Assembly (NCBI RefSeq): GCF_018350175.1
Contig: NC_058368.1
Location: forward strand, 210,554,001-210,618,000
DNA from: Felis catus
Taxonomy: Eukaryota
Direction of reading: 5' to 3'
Length of the DNA: 64,000 nt
A program made the position numbers and the translations under genes. A model generated the notes under the pieces. That model was not told the DNA's origin, did no database searches, and was given only the letters and a program-made list of their open reading frames with translations. Positions 1-15,011 of the stretch are shown one piece after another. Each line of letters starts with the position of its first letter. Positions within the stretch are counted from its first letter, which is position 1.

Positions 1-382
1 AAGGGGATGACTCAGCTAGGAAGTACATTCTTCTTGCCCTCTGTTCTTTTCTGCTGCCTGGGGTGTAGATGTAATGGTGGGAGCAACTATGGTGATTTTG
101 TAACTTCAGGCAACTCTGAGGATAAAAACAATGGTAAGGTAGAAAGATAGCAGTTCCTTGAGACATTCACTCTTTGAAATGCCTCCAGACTTCCTTTATA
201 CCAGAGGAAAATAAACCTCTATCATTTTCAGAGATAATTACCTGTTTCTATCATGAGTATCTAGACAGAATTCCTGTCTGAAATTGCAGTCTGCACTGAT
301 ATTGACACTCTGACATTGGATTTCTATCCATCAACACTTCTTGGTTTTCTGGAAGTTATCAGTTAAGAACCTGTAAGATGCA

Positions 383-608
383 GGGCGCCTGGGTGGCCCA
401 GTCGGTTAAGCGTCCGACTTCAGCCAGGTCACGATCTCGCGGTCCGTGAGTTCGAGCCCCGCGTCAGGCTCTGGGCTGATGGCTCGGAGCCTGGAGCCTG
501 TTTCCGATTCTGTGTCTCCCTCTCTCTCTGCCCCTCCCCCGTTCATGCTCTGTCTCTCTCTGTCCCAAAAATAAATAAACGTTGGAAAAAAAAATTAAAA
601 AAAAAAAA
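383..608 (+). mobile_element. Young CAN-SINE (SINEC_Fc-like)
   Basis: tRNA-derived head gggcgcctgggtgg, CT tract, A tail; TSD aagaacctgtaagatgca at 365-382 and 609-626. Confidence 0.95.
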
Positions 609-1357
609 AAGAACCTGTAAGATGCAAATAATTGGCTGGATTTCTAAGTGGCTACAAAATAAGCATTAAATAGACAATTGACTCCAAAGGAAACATTTTA
701 AGTGACGATAAAATAGTAAGTAAGTGATTTTGGTTTCTAATGTTGCAAAAATACAAATGGTAATCATAACTTTATTCCCTTTATTCCCATCTAACAACAG
801 TGGAAGATCCACAGTTGAGGTTTGTCCTTGCAGTGAGTTTGAAACGGGGTATTGGAAAGTTGCCTGATTGGTTCTAAGAGCATAGTCACTAAAACCAGAG
901 AGTTTGGAAAAAAATTATTATTTTTTGTCTTCTTTTCTTTTCTTTTCTTTTCTTTTTGCATTTTGTACAGGAATCTAGCCAAATCTTTGCTTACTTTTGT
1001 GTAGTTTAGATCCTTTTTTTAGTCTGCTTCTTTAAGATCTTTCATGTGGCGGGCCGCCTGACCAGAATAGATTATAAGTAATTTCCTGGTGAAAACCCCA
1101 GAGACTCAAGTCACAGCAAGATGGAGAAGGAGACAGCAAGGATAGTGTTATTAAGAAAGCTCCTGGTTCCAGAGATTCCCAGGGGATGCTCATTATAAGG
1201 ATCTTGTAACCCTGGGACCTGTGTGCTTTATAAAACCTGGTATCACATTGTGTTAGCTACATGAGCCCTTGAATATCACACTAAACAGTATTTCTCACTC
1301 TCTTCATGGCCAAAAATGCTACAGAGGTTGCTAAATGCTGATAAAATTCTACTGAGA

Positions 1358-1490
1358 GGGGCACCTGGGTGGCTCAGTTGGTTAAGCATCTGACACATGA
1401 TCTCAGCTCAGGTCTTGATCTGAGGGTTGTGATTTCAAGCCCTATGTTGGGCTCCATGTTGGGCCCAATGCTGGGTGTAGAGCTACTTAA
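1358..1490 (+). mobile_element. Older short CAN-SINE
   Basis: Head ggggcacctgggtggctcagttggttaag; degenerate TSD aaaattct(a/g)ctgagag. Confidence 0.8.
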
Positions 1491-2300
1491 AATTCTGCTG
1501 AGAGAACAGGTTATAATGGAGTTACTTTATCTCTTCTCCCACTTCTCAGGAGGAGCTGAGTCTCTCCTCACACTGGACTGTTAGTTATTTTTCCCAGGTA
1601 AAGGTGAATATGTCGGGTCAACCCAAGCATGTAGGAATAAGATTTTGCCGATTGTATTAGTTAGTAATTTGGCTGTAAGTAATAGAGAACCTGACCAAAG
1701 GTGTATTAAGCAAATAGGGGCTTCTGTTTCTCACAAGCTGCGAATGTGAAGTCAGGCAATTGCCAGAACTCGTTCAGCGGCACAGTGATGGTAGGGCTGT
1801 AAGTTGGTACCTCTGTGATTCCCTTGGCTTTTCCCTTGTGATTGCACGAAGGCTGTCACATCTCCAGACAGTGCCTTCTCGTTCAAGGCAGGAAGAGGCA
1901 AAGGAGATGGAAGAGTTCTCCCAGAGCCCTCAGTACTTTTCAGCTGAGTCTCTGGCCAGAACTCATTCCCACTGCCACCCAACTGAAAGTGGAACGTAGC
2001 AGACAAAGGAGATTGGAATGACCCTTGAAGAGCCAGTTGACAGTGCCTGGAAAATCCGCTGTAGTTCAAATCCAACCAAGTTAAAACTACCCTGAGGAAT
2101 GTAAACTCCTGTAAGGGACGTTGGCTATCTCATTCATTACTATTGTGTGGCACGTAATAGGTGTTCAATAAATATAAGTTGGCTTTAGGACCAGGACTAG
2201 AGTGAGGTAAAAGGAGGCACTCACTCTGAGGCTCAGGCAGGTACAAGGTTGACATTGGCACAATTCTGAGATAGAAAGCTTCCTTGAACATTACACCCTA

Positions 2301-2462
2301 GGAGGGTCTGGGTAGCTCAGTCGGTTAGGCATCCTGCTTTGGCTCAGGTCATGATCTCATGGTTCGTGAGTTTGAGCCCCGTGTTGAGCTCTGTGCTGAC
2401 AGCTCAGAGCCTGGAAACTGCTTCGGATTCTGTGTCTCCCTTTCTCTCTGCCCCTCCACCAC

Positions 2463-2511
<49 letters not shown>

Positions 2512-2548
2512 AATAAATAAACATTAAAAAATTAAAAAATAAACAAAC
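2301..2548 (+). mobile_element. CAN-SINE
   Basis: Head, long (CT)n, A-rich tail, degenerate TSD. Confidence 0.88.
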
Positions 2549-3851
2549 AAACATTGCACCTTAGACACTTACCTGAATCCCAGCCCTGGCTGAACTTAAT
2601 AAAATGAAATCTCAAGAAGATGTATGAAGTAGACACTTTACAACACTGATATTTATACATTATTCTCAAATCATGCCATATCATAAACACTAAAATGAGG
2701 ATTTAAATCACACCCCAAAGATCAGCAGAAAGAATAAAAGACTATAAGTAGAGGTGGGCTCTAGAGAAAACTGCCTCTTGACAAGAGCTAAAGCATGAAT
2801 TTTAAGCATCTTGAGAAAATGCATTTTGGCAGAGAGGATCTGATAAGACGCCAGAATTCACTGCCATCTCAATTCCACGCCATTAAAACATAGATTACAT
2901 GTGTGCCCATGTCATTAAAGCATAGATTACATACTGTCCTACTTTAAATCTACATGGAAGTTGGCAACCCAAACAAAACCCAGCTCTTTCATATGTTCAT
3001 ATGTTGTGGAATAATTGTCAACATAATTTGTGGGAAAAGAGTAAATATAATGGAAGATAATCACCACAGTAGCTTTGCGTTTAGATTTCAGAAGAACAAA
3101 AAAACACCTTGCACATCACTCTACTAACTGAGCAAGGACCCTGAGGAGAGAGGGAAAGGGGTCGCATTTAGGACCCTGTGTGGCCTGTGTTTGCTGTGCT
3201 CTGTTGTCCCCTTCCCTCCTCGGCAGTGAAATCCTTCCAGCGTTCCAAGGCAATCTGTTCCTTGAAGCTTTTGCTTTCCTTCTCATTTCATGGGCCTTCT
3301 CCGAATTCCCAAAGCAGTTTATGAGCACAATGGCATAGCTGTTGACAGCAGAGACTTGGGCAGGACACTCCTAGCTGTCAGCCCTGACTCTGCCACTGCC
3401 TTGTGGCACTTTCTCAGCCCATGACTGGGGTATGTGCTGACTTCCTGGAATAGGGCAGCAATATTTGATAGAACCCACCGCATGAGGCCATGTGCTCCTG
3501 TGTGTAAAGCACTGAGCCATAGGCCTGGCCACCGGAGTGGTTACAATTGTGGTTATTACCTCTTCTCCTCCTGCCTGGATCTGATCCTATGTTAGGTTCC
3601 CATCTTTCCTCCAGGCCTTCCCCTCAAGGTCTCACTCCTGCCACCAGACGAACTTCACAGCTCCTGTCACTTAGATTCTCAAACTCTGATGTACATGCAA
3701 AACCTCTGGAAAATATTAAAATACAGAAACTGGCATTCACACCTAGAGATTCAAGCTTCCTGTGTTTGGGGTGGGGTGTGGACATCTTTATTTTTCAACA
3801 ACACTTCTGGGGCTCTCCTTGTCCCTGATGCTCCCAGTTCCTTCTCTACAG

Positions 3852-4088
3852 CAGGGCTGCTCAGCCTCAGTACTACTGGCATTCTGGACTAGAGAATTCT
3901 TGGTTGTCGAGGGCTTTCCTGTGCATTGTAGGATATTTAGCAGCATCTCCGGCCTCCACGCGTGAGATGCCAGTAGTACCCCTCACTCCTGTTATGACAA
4001 CCTAAAATATCTCCACCTTGTCAAATGTCCCTGGGGTCAGGGGCTGGGTGGGCAGGGTGGGTGAAATCATACCTGAATGGAACTACAG
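3852..4088 (-). mobile_element. MER20-like hAT-Charlie DNA transposon remnant
   Basis: cctgtgcattgtaggatatttagcagcatc...gatgccagtag...caaatgtccctgggg resembles recalled MER20 consensus (reverse). Confidence 0.8.
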
Positions 4089-4770
4089 CTCTACCTCACC
4101 TGCAGAATTAGCACAGTCCCTTGCATAGCCAGAGGTGCCAAGGGTCTGTTTAGTTGAATTGAGCTCAGATGGGTTCAGTGAAGGATCTCCCAGGATGTCA
4201 ATGACACTGACACACACCTGTGATTATGCCTGAAGCGGGGTGGTTCCCAATATTCTACTGCAAAAACTATGTCTTTCTTCATATCGTCTGAGTCTTTCAT
4301 TTCAGTCTCAGAGGAAGCACATCCTAGCCACCTGCTACACTGCTCTGAGCACTGGGATCTAATGTTTATTCCAGAGGAACATTTTCTATGGGGAAAACCT
4401 CTTGAGGGACCACAGCTTTTTGCCGTCTACCACACAGCAATAATTAATTTATTGAATGGACTGGAGTCAATAGAGATAGTTTAATTTTTCCCAACCACGA
4501 CCTTCAAACGTGATCTGTTGTATGTCTCGCTCCACCCCTGGATGACATTTCAAGTATTAAAAGATGCACTGAGTCAAAATTAAAATTCCAGTCTTACTTT
4601 CTGTTCCCAAGTAGAGAAAGGGTAAAAACCACTGCATGCCCTACATCCCCATGGGGATGGCCCTTAGGTACAGGGTCAAATCTGAGCTGGCAGATGGGGA
4701 AAGATTTGGCTTGGATGTGAGCTGTAGAGAAGGAAAGTATGACTCCCACGTCTTAAGAATGAGCTTGGAG

Positions 4771-4999
4771 GGGCGCCTGGGTGGCGCAGTCGGTTAAGCG
4801 TCCGACTTCAGCCAGGTCACGATCTTGCAGTCTGTGAGTTCGAGCCCCGCATCAGGCTCTGGGCTGATGGCTCAGAGCCTGGAGCCTGTTTCCAATTCTG
4901 TGTCTCCCTCTCTCTCTGCCCCTCCCCCGTTCATGCTCTGTCTCTCTCTGTCCCAAAAATAAATAAAAACATTGAAAAAAAAATTAAAAAAAAAAACAA
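4771..4999 (+). mobile_element. Young CAN-SINE (SINEC_Fc-like)
   Basis: TSD aagaatgagcttggag at 4755-4770 and 5000-5015. Confidence 0.95.
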
Positions 5000-7900
5000 A
5001 AGAATGAGCTTGGAGCCCTAATGTTTTAGCAGCAGCTACCTACTCTTTTCTTTGCCTTACTCTTTTCTCTGAATAGAAGAGTGTTTAAAATCACAAGGAG
5101 CTATTATAGCAACCCTAGGACCCTTGCTACTGAAATGGTTAATGTAGTGGCACAGGTATTTAACAGTGACACAAATTCCTAAAAATGCTTTTAAGGCAAA
5201 ACTCATCACATGGCCTGGCTGTGGGGAAAATGGGCTTGATAGCAACAAGAGGCAGGAGAGGTCTTTGGAAAGATTGGATGGCTTTGCTGGCAGTTGCTGT
5301 TCTCACAGGGTGGGCTCGTGTGACTTTCTCAGTAGGATGGTTTCCTCAAGGCACACACTGTCCCCCTGTCCCAGCACCCCGAGCACCAGGGTGCAAAGAA
5401 GGACCGTCCAGGCAAAACCAGGCCCACCCATCGTAGTGCACATCCCTGCCTAGCCTGGCGAGGCCGGGCTGCTGCCGTTCCTTCTCCTCAGTACGTGGCC
5501 CACCTCCCCCGTGCTCCCCCTCCCGTGTTTACAAGGCCTTCCTGTTTCCCTAATTCTGTCTCAACTCTTACAGGCTAACTCTGCTCTCTAAAGTTTACCC
5601 AAGCTGACTAAACCTGCTTCAGCTCCCTCTGCTCCTTCATATAACCACCCTTTTCCCGAGAGATGAAAACAAGAAGTGTAGTGTCACAGAAAACAGAGAG
5701 GATAGTGTTCTTTAGAGAGTGGAGTGAGACATTTCCTTTGGATTTTTGCATCAGAGGATATGGAAGATCTTGGTGCTTTCTCTTGATGGATGTCTGAATA
5801 AGTGATCCCTGGGGCTGTCTCTTTGGTTTTGAGATCTACCTCTGTGTTGCAGATTGTTGGGGTGTAGGTTCATGAGACAGAGAGAGAAGTGAGAGAAATA
5901 TGTAATTCAGCTTATTGCCACTAGAGGACACCAAAGACCACAGTCTGGGGCTTGAGAGGCGGTGGTTGTTTTTTTGTTTTTCCCCCATAAAGGTTCAACT
6001 TAACTCTGCCCCTGAACTCAGCAAAGAAGACTTTCATTGAGAATCATGAAGAGACAGACCTCCATGCATTTTTAGCTTTCCACATCCTGTCCCATAATGA
6101 TTCTTGCATTCCAAGAAGAGTGCTCTGGCAGTGACAGGCAGCTGTGCACCAGGACAGTGGGATGAAAGAGCCTTAACTAGTTACAGTGTGAGAAGACCTG
6201 GTGACCATCGCTACAAAGTCTCCTTTGGCTTTGCTGCTGGTGGCTCCACTCAGCCAGTGCCCCATGCCTCCAGGACTCTGCATCCTTTTGCTCTGTGCGT
6301 GTTCCTCCTCACCAGCCAGTGGGGGTGGGGTGGTGGTGAGGAGCTGTCAGCAGGCACTCTGGCTGCCACAGCTGAGCCCTCTCTCTCCTTCAGACTGCAC
6401 ATTCATGTGCTCTCCATCTCAGATCTCTTTACCTTTCTCTGCCCTGCTGCCAATATCTCCATCCAGTCAGCATGACCTCTCACCTGATCATCCCCAGCCT
6501 GTGCCACCTTCCCATCCATTGTCCACACTGAACCAGAGAGCTCTTTGACATTGCAAACTGTCACCCCCTCATTGAAGCTCGTTGTGATCTTCTGTTGCTC
6601 TCAGTACAGGATCCAAACTGCCCAGCACGGTGTTCCAGGCTCCTTGTGATCTGGTGCCTGCTTACTTGCCCAGTTTCGTCTTTTTCCGACTCGCTACTTC
6701 CCACACCCCCTTCCTTTTGCCACAATGCTTCACCTTACCACCCACCCACCCTTCATCAGTCATACTACAATACTTGTGTTTCTGTATTTATACCGTTTTC
6801 TCTTTCGCTTTGGCCTTGGTACTTGGAAAATGCCCAGTGTCCTTCCTTCTTCCGCCCCGTACGACCTTGGGCTGGATGACTACTCTCCTTTAGGATGAAA
6901 GCTTAAACATCACCTCCTCTGAGAAGTCTTCAGGGTTAGCACCCCCTTCTGATTTGTTATGGCTGAGTAGTGGGTTGCTCCCTGCCAATTCCCACTCCCG
7001 GAAGCACTGTGTTTCTTACTCCCTCTTCTGCAGTCTAACCCAGTGCCCTCCTCTTAACTAAGCCCTTACTAAACATTTGGTGGCACAATGGACCAAGTGT
7101 ACCTGGCCCAGGGAAGTGTGCAGGGCCAACACCAGGTGGCGCTGCGGCCACGTGCATCAGGAGGGATCCTGACGTTGCCCTGGCAAGGCTGGGCCTCCTC
7201 TGTTGTCCCCATGCCTGCTTTTCGAGGCTCCGGAAGGGTCTCCTGCAGTCAGGGACACACTTTGTGCCACGCTGTGATGTTGGTGACACACGTTTGGGGA
7301 CAGACTCTGGCCCAGGCCTATGGAAGCCCTGAGTGTCTCTCTTCTTCCCCAAGACCCTCCCCGATCCGTGCCTTCTTTGAAAGCCCCCAGTTCTTACCAA
7401 ACCTGTTTCCTGCCTTGTTTAACTACGTGACTTCAGTACTCAAATTTAGGATTCTGTGCTATTCAAGGGCTTGCTTGTCACAGTAATCCTTCCTTTACAG
7501 CACTGGTGCCCTGAAAACAGCACACAAAGCCTATTAACTGTCCATGAAATGTGTAAATAAATGATGAAAGAGAATGCTTAATATGGGTATTTCAAGTATG
7601 ATGGCGGGAGAGAATTTGTGGTTTTTTTTTTTCCTGAATATATCAAATTCGACTCCAGAGGTAACTGTTAGTATGGTCACTGTGTCCAGTTAGGTACAGG
7701 AGATAGAACCAGCAGGGTGTTTTCCTGGACTCTACCCTGCTCTCCTATGAGTGGGTTCCATCAAACTGTTCTTTGAGGTTCTTTTATATTATTTCACAAA
7801 GGTGGTGAAGTTGAAAGAGGTCTGCATGAAAGTCAGAAGATCTATGTTTGGGTATGAGCCAGCACTTTGGGCCAAGTTGCTTTACCAGCCCGCGCCTTAG

Positions 7901-8044
7901 TTCCCTAGTCTGCTGACAGAGGTCAGGACCCAGGGCCGTCACTCAGGGTCTCGCATGGTGTGTGAATTCCTGGGAGCCACACCGACTGCTCCCCACTTGC
8001 TTTATCTGTGAAATAGAAATCATAGTTATGATTAGCTAATAGGG

Positions 8045-8400
8045 TTTTTTTTTAATTGAGATAAAATTTACATAACATGAAATTAGTCATTTAAAAATAT
8101 ACTGTATATTCATAATGTTGTGCAACCACCACCCATATCGAGTTCCAAAACATTAAAGCCCATGCCTATTAAGCAGTCACTGCCCATTGCCGCCTTCCCC
8201 CAGGCCTTGGCCGTGACCAGGCGGTGTTGTCTCTACGTATTTGACTCTTCTGGATATTTCAAATGAATGGAATCGTACAACCGTGTGACATTTTGTATCT
8301 GGCTTCTTTCACTTAGTGTGCTGTTTTTGACATTCCCCCACATTGTAGCACGTGTCAGTACCTCATTCCTTTTTATCACTGAATAATATTCTGTGGCATG
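8045..8400 (-). mobile_element. Old L1 3'-end fragment, apparently resuming at about 8880-9005
   Basis: ttttaattgagataaaatttacataac...ggcttctttcacttag and gtggatggacatttgggttgttt motifs typical of antisense L1M 3' UTR. Confidence 0.7.
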
Positions 8401-11210
8401 CTTTTACTCTCTTGCCTTTGTACGTAGTCTCTTCTCTCATTAGTGGCTTTGTCCCACTCTCTGCCTGTCAAATTGCTATTCACCCCCTGATGCCCACATC
8501 TCAGGCTACTTCCCCAATTCCTGTGGCTCTCTGTTGAGGCATTAATATTGTACTTTTCTCACTGTTCCATGATAATCCATGTGTACCTCCCTTTCTCTAC
8601 CCACTAGGGAAGTCTGGACTCCCTAGGAACAGGGACAGAACTTTGTTCATCTTCAGGTTCGTAGCACCTAGCAGATCTGACCAACACTATCTACCCAACA
8701 AATATCTGTTGAATCAGTGAGTGAGGAGATTCTCACATTTGTCAAGTTTACACTTATTACACAAAAGGAGTAGGCAGTAGTGTGGAAACAACTCATGATA
8801 AATAACTGTTACTATGATCCTAAATCTGGGGTCACGTGGAAATAGCGCATTTGAAACTTGGTGGCCTGGGACAAGTTGAACCACCTTTTGTTCATCTGTT
8901 TGTTTGTGGATGGACATTTGGGTTGTTTCTACCTTTTGGCTATTGTGAATAATGCTGCTGTGAATATGACGTATGCGTATTTGTTTGAGTTTCTGTTTTC
9001 AATTCAGCTCCTAGGGTTTTCATGAGGACTGGGCACATGCTTATCACATGGTGGGGGCAGAATCAATGTTAGGATTGATGTTATTAATTTTATCTTGAAG
9101 GTGTGTAAATAGGGCCCCACGTGGGTTCTTTCTCTTGCCGTCTCACACACATGGGAGCTGGATCTCGCCTTCTCCCACTACTGGTTTGTAGCCCGTATGT
9201 CTCTCCATTCCCCTCCTGCCTGCTGCCATGGCTGGTGTGGCAAACCAGGGAGGGGAGGGGAGGGTGAAAGAGACAGGGGAGAAGTAGTGGAAATGCAGAG
9301 GGGGAGGTGAGCGGCTGGGAACCACTGGACGGGTAGTACGGAGGAAGGGGCAGAGGCAGGAAGGACACCAGGTCCGGAAAAAGCAGACCCGGAGGTGGGT
9401 CTAAGAATGAGGAGGGCAGGGGGTTGCTGCTTTCCTGCTCCAGTGGAGGGAGGCGGGGTGAGGCTGGGGCCGGTACCACCAGCAGCCTCTGGTCAGGACT
9501 AAGAGGTACCTCAGGAGAGGATGTGCAAGGGAGCAGGAGGTGGCTGGAGTGAACTGATGTTTTTGTACAGAAAGAGGAGATTCTGATAGTGTCTGGAGCA
9601 CTCTGTGGGGGGTGACTCTAGGGCCAGAAGCTGGGAACAAGCTCCTGGGGTCGTCAGCTCGACCTCAGGTGACAAAACAGTACCAAGAAAATGCAGGTTT
9701 GAGGGACACGAGTGCTGCCAGGAAGGCAGTTGATCTGGGCTGTGGATGAGATTGTTGGAGTAGAGTCTGGACGCGCTGGGGAAAGGCTCCTCAGGAGCTG
9801 AGAGGGAGGTCTCCAAAAGCGGGGCGTGTGGTCATCTGGAATTCTGGCACACCTGTACCCCTGGTGCTGGAGGGAGCCAAGAAGGATCCACATAGCTTTG
9901 GTCAGAGCAATTTCTTCTTAATGTGGAATAGAGAGGCCACGACCTAACAGGCAAAGGCCTCCTTCTTGCCCTGGTGTCCAAGAGAACTGAGAATAATTAC
10001 TCACATTCGCATGTATATAGTGTGAATTAGAATGCAGGTCTAGGCGGAGGGAACCCATAAGATGGCTCTTAGGAGGTGCTGCAGGAAATGAGGCAGTCAG
10101 GCACGCGCATCCCTGACTTACCTCTTCCGGTCTGTTTTCAGTCTGAGCTTCCCTCCCTCCAAAGTTAAACAATATGATCTTTGTTGGGGAGAATTTATAG
10201 CTTGTATTGGAGAGGAACAGCTTTAGAGAGCGCTAATCTGAGAGTTGTCTTCTCTGATGACAAGAATCCCCTCCTAACGTGGCGCTCAGGAGAAATATCA
10301 GCACTTGGCCAGGGATGGGGGGCCCTTAAGCCAAGGGCAGATCCATTCTAACACCATCTTTCTGCATCTTGAACGCTGTGTTTGCATAGCCTTCAACCAT
10401 CTTGCTCCCTCATTCACAATTCACATTAAAAAAAAAGTAGTTTCTAGAGTCCCTCATTTACATTGGTCAGTGAGCTCGTAAGATGATTAGTTGTTTTTGG
10501 AATAGGGAGGAACTTTCAGATCATTTAATCCAATCCTTCCATTTGACAGAGGAGGAGAAACCAGAGACCTTGAGATTTGCTCAGACGTCCCTGGAGCCGC
10601 GTCTCCAGGCTCCCAGGCCAGGATGCTTTCCACTCTTGTGCAGGTTTTGAAAACTCCAGCCCCACTGCAGGAGTCTGTATGTGGCCAGGGACCTCTCAGG
10701 AGAGGATGTTTCACTGCACCCACTCTTCTCTTCCTGAATATTTAAATCACAAAAGCCAAACTGCAGAAAAATAAATATTATGTCTATTTGTCAGGAGACA
10801 GTTAGTGTCTATTTACCCTTTTCTGTCCTCAGAATCTAGGTGTTAATGGACACTAGTCTGTTAATCAAAACATGCTGGCTCCTGGCAGGGATCATTCAGT
10901 GTTGAGAATCTCAGTCAAGACAGAAACAATAATAGTTAATATTTAGACCAAAGACGAGAATATTAAGTGTGGAGTCAAAGGGGAACATGTAGAATGCTAA
11001 ATAAGAGAATAAAGCATATAGGCTTGACTCAAAAAGGAGAGTAAAGGGAAGTAAGACTTTTTATTTTATGGCAGGAGGAGGGTTTCAACTATATGAAAGT
11101 GTATCTAGGAAAAGCTGTTTATTTATAACTGTTGTCCAGGCTGGAGAAATCAGATGTTCTCTGGACTAAACAAGTAAGTAAGAAATATGCTGAGCACATA
11201 GTTGGTCTAA

Positions 11211-11468
<258 letters not shown>

Positions 11469-12664
11469 TAGGGTCCCGGCCATGGGGAGGAAGGACACTG
11501 CCAGGTGAGGCTAATACTGGCTGTGTGACCTTGACCGAGTCTTATTCTCCTAGGGTCTCAGTTCCCTATTTGTAAAATGTAGTTTGGAAGACTTGATCTC
11601 TGAAGCATCTTGTAACCGTTTTTGGTTCTCAGTCCCAGATTCAGCAAGGCTGTGTCAGAGATGAGAGCACAGCCCCTGGGACAACTTGAAGTGAAGAGAG
11701 AGGCGTGCCCAGGTCCCAGCGACACCCAGCAGGATGCGGAGAGGGACTCTGCTAGAAACTGACAATGGAAGCGAGCTTGGAAGAGGGAGGAAGTTGCTTT
11801 CAGGCAGTCACATCTTGCTGACCTCCAGGGGGCACTGGAATTGCCTGTGGGATATTCACTGCCAGTGGGCTTCTCCCAACTCCATAGGACCTGTCCTCTG
11901 GCCCTCTGAGAGTGTGAGAAGTCCTCAGGACCAGGAAACCCAAGGAAAAAGAGATTGTAAGCCTCCAACTGGCAGGATCTCTTTTTAACAGACTGCATGG
12001 AATGCCTGCCATGGGCCAGGTGTTTGTATGCTTGTGGGTGAACAAGGCTTCTCCAGGCCCCAGGCAGGACTTAGACTAAGGAAATTGACTGTCACAAAAA
12101 ACAGAATCTCCGTGGTGATGTTGTAGGTTAGAGAAATACAGGGCACCACAGCAGGGGCATCCGACCTCACATGTGGAGGTTATAGACAGCTTCACTTACA
12201 GTGAGGAACTTACTGAGCATTGGGGACATCACTTTTAATAGTCTCAAATTCTCAGACTAAGCCCGGCTCTGTCAGAAGCCCAGGCTGTGGGTATGTGGAC
12301 CCTGGTGGCCCAGGCAGTCACAGTCCAGTGAGAAGACTAGCCCATTTCTCTTCAATACTGTGTCACCCCAACCTACAACCTCCACGTCTTTCATCCTGGA
12401 GCCATGTTATTGTCCGTGGTGCAAACCCCTCAGGAACACTGCCCTCTGTCCCACTCACTGGCCCACTCAGTTGAGTCCCTCTTGCTGCCGACCCACCCCC
12501 CAACCCCTCCTAGCCCTTCCAATGTGAGCCAGTCTATTGGCTCATCCTTGGCCTTTTGCTCCACTGTGTGCTCTGCCTTGGCCCCTTTACTAGTTTTTCC
12601 CTTCCCTCAGTCTTTCCTCAACTCAAGTGGAAGCTGCTCCCTAGTTTTCCTCTTTATGGGACCA

Positions 12665-14105
12665 CAAAAGTAAAGTGCCATTTTCATCACATGATGTCAA
12701 GGATACATACTGTCAACATGATTTATCGGTATTGGTATTGACCTTGATCACCTGGCTGAGGTAGTGTTTGTCTGGCTTTTCCCATGTAGAGTTACCATTC
12801 CTCCCCAACCCCATTCCATACTGGACTGGAAGGAAGGAAGTCTCCATGCAAAGCCACACTTAGGAAGTGGGGAGTATGCTTCCCTTCTTGAGGACAGAGC
12901 GTATGTGCATAATTTATTTGGAATTCTACTCAAGGGAAATTTGTCTTTTCTAAATAATATTTATTTATTTATTTAATCATTTATTTAAACCCATATGGAC
13001 TCATGGATATTTATTTTATACTTTGTGTTACAATTTAACACTATTTTATTGCTCAAACTCTAGAAAATTGAGCTTTAGAAGCTCTTTCAGTTGGCTCCTA
13101 TGTCCCTTTGACATATCCCCATCATTGTTAAGTTTTTTTATTTGTTTGTTTGTTTTGAGTGCTTCCTTACTTTCTGTACAAGATACTCCAAGTTCATCTT
13201 GAGTATTTCGTGTCCCAGTCCTAGAATCAGACATTTCTCCAAGAAGCCCGATTCTTTTTATTGGATAATTGCATTAGAAATCAAGATCTAGGCTCTAGAT
13301 GTACTTGTTGTTACTGGTGTATTACTTCTAGGTTCTCTTAGCTGACAGAAGAAGAAAGTATATGTGTAAATATATGTACAATCTATAGATATCTTTATAT
13401 GTAATCATCTGTGTTTATATTAAGCTAAGCATGAGTTCATACTAATGTCTCCAACTCTAGCCCATTACCACATGCATCCGACCATTTAGCCTCCTCCCCT
13501 GGCTTATCTATAAATTCCCATTTCAACAGTGATAAATCTGGCTCCCACCATCTGCCATCTATTTACTTAATTGTTCAATTCCAGTGTACCTTATAGCAAT
13601 GTCAGAATTGTTAACTCAAATCTCCATGGGAAATATTATTATCAACTAGAGTCCAGTGCTTATGTGCAGTTCCTTTTGCCTTTAGTCCTACAGACTCCCA
13701 TCTCCACAGCTACTTAAGTCAGCACCTTCATACTCCATGGCCCCCCCCCACCCCCTTTCAGTGAGGTTGTTTCAAACTTTTGTAATACAGTTGAGTTCTC
13801 TTGTCACTGTGCATTCCTTCCTGGGATCCCCTGACCTCCCAAATAGTTATTTTAAAATTTGTATACATTAAATTTTATTCTTTGTAGTCTACAGTTCTAT
13901 GGGCTTTAGCAAGTATATCATGTATCCACCATTATAGTTTGGGCTTTAGCAAGTATATCATGTATCCACCATCATAGAGAATAGTTTCACTGTCCTAAAA
14001 GTTCCCTGTTGCTCCACCTATTCTCTTCCTTCCTTCCTTTTTCTTTTTATTGTATGTATAGTTTTGCCTTTTGCAGAATGTCGTAGAATTAGAATCACAT
14101 AGTAC
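12665..14105 (-). mobile_element. Old L1 (L1MC-like) 3' fragment in CAPSL intron
   Basis: gaccttgatcacctggctgaggtagtgtttg, ctctttcagttggctcctatgtccctttgac motifs recalled from L1MC 3' ends; subfamily uncertain. Confidence 0.65.
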
Positions 14106-14218
14106 ATTTTCTTTTAAGGTTTTCCTTTTATGAGATTCTGGGAAGAGGCTCTCCAATTTTGGAAGGAGAGTACAGACAAGAATCTAGGGCTTCTGTATTT
14201 TACTTTGAATAACGTTGA

Positions 14219-14527
<309 letters not shown>

Positions 14528-14786
14528 TGAGTTTGGCTTTCACGTGGTTTGGGTTGGTTATTTTGAGGTTTTGTTTTCAGAAGTTGTTACTGTGCTGTGG
14601 AGGAGATGGGAAAGAGATTGATAACAGGTTTAGGGACTTTTTGGAGTAACCATAATGCATGTCATTTAACAGCACACAATTTCATACTACTGAGAGGAAT
14701 CAGATATTTCATCATATATCTTATAAAAAAAGCTCATTTGCTTGTGTTGTCTGTGTTTGTGTGTGTTTTTTTTTCTATTTATCTAG

Positions 14787-15011
<225 letters not shown>

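Noticed and set aside
10112..10132. Perfect minus-strand donor GAG|GTAAGT next to an ETS-like CCGGAAG
   Set aside because: A single short motif is expected by chance in 64 kb; no partner exon identified.
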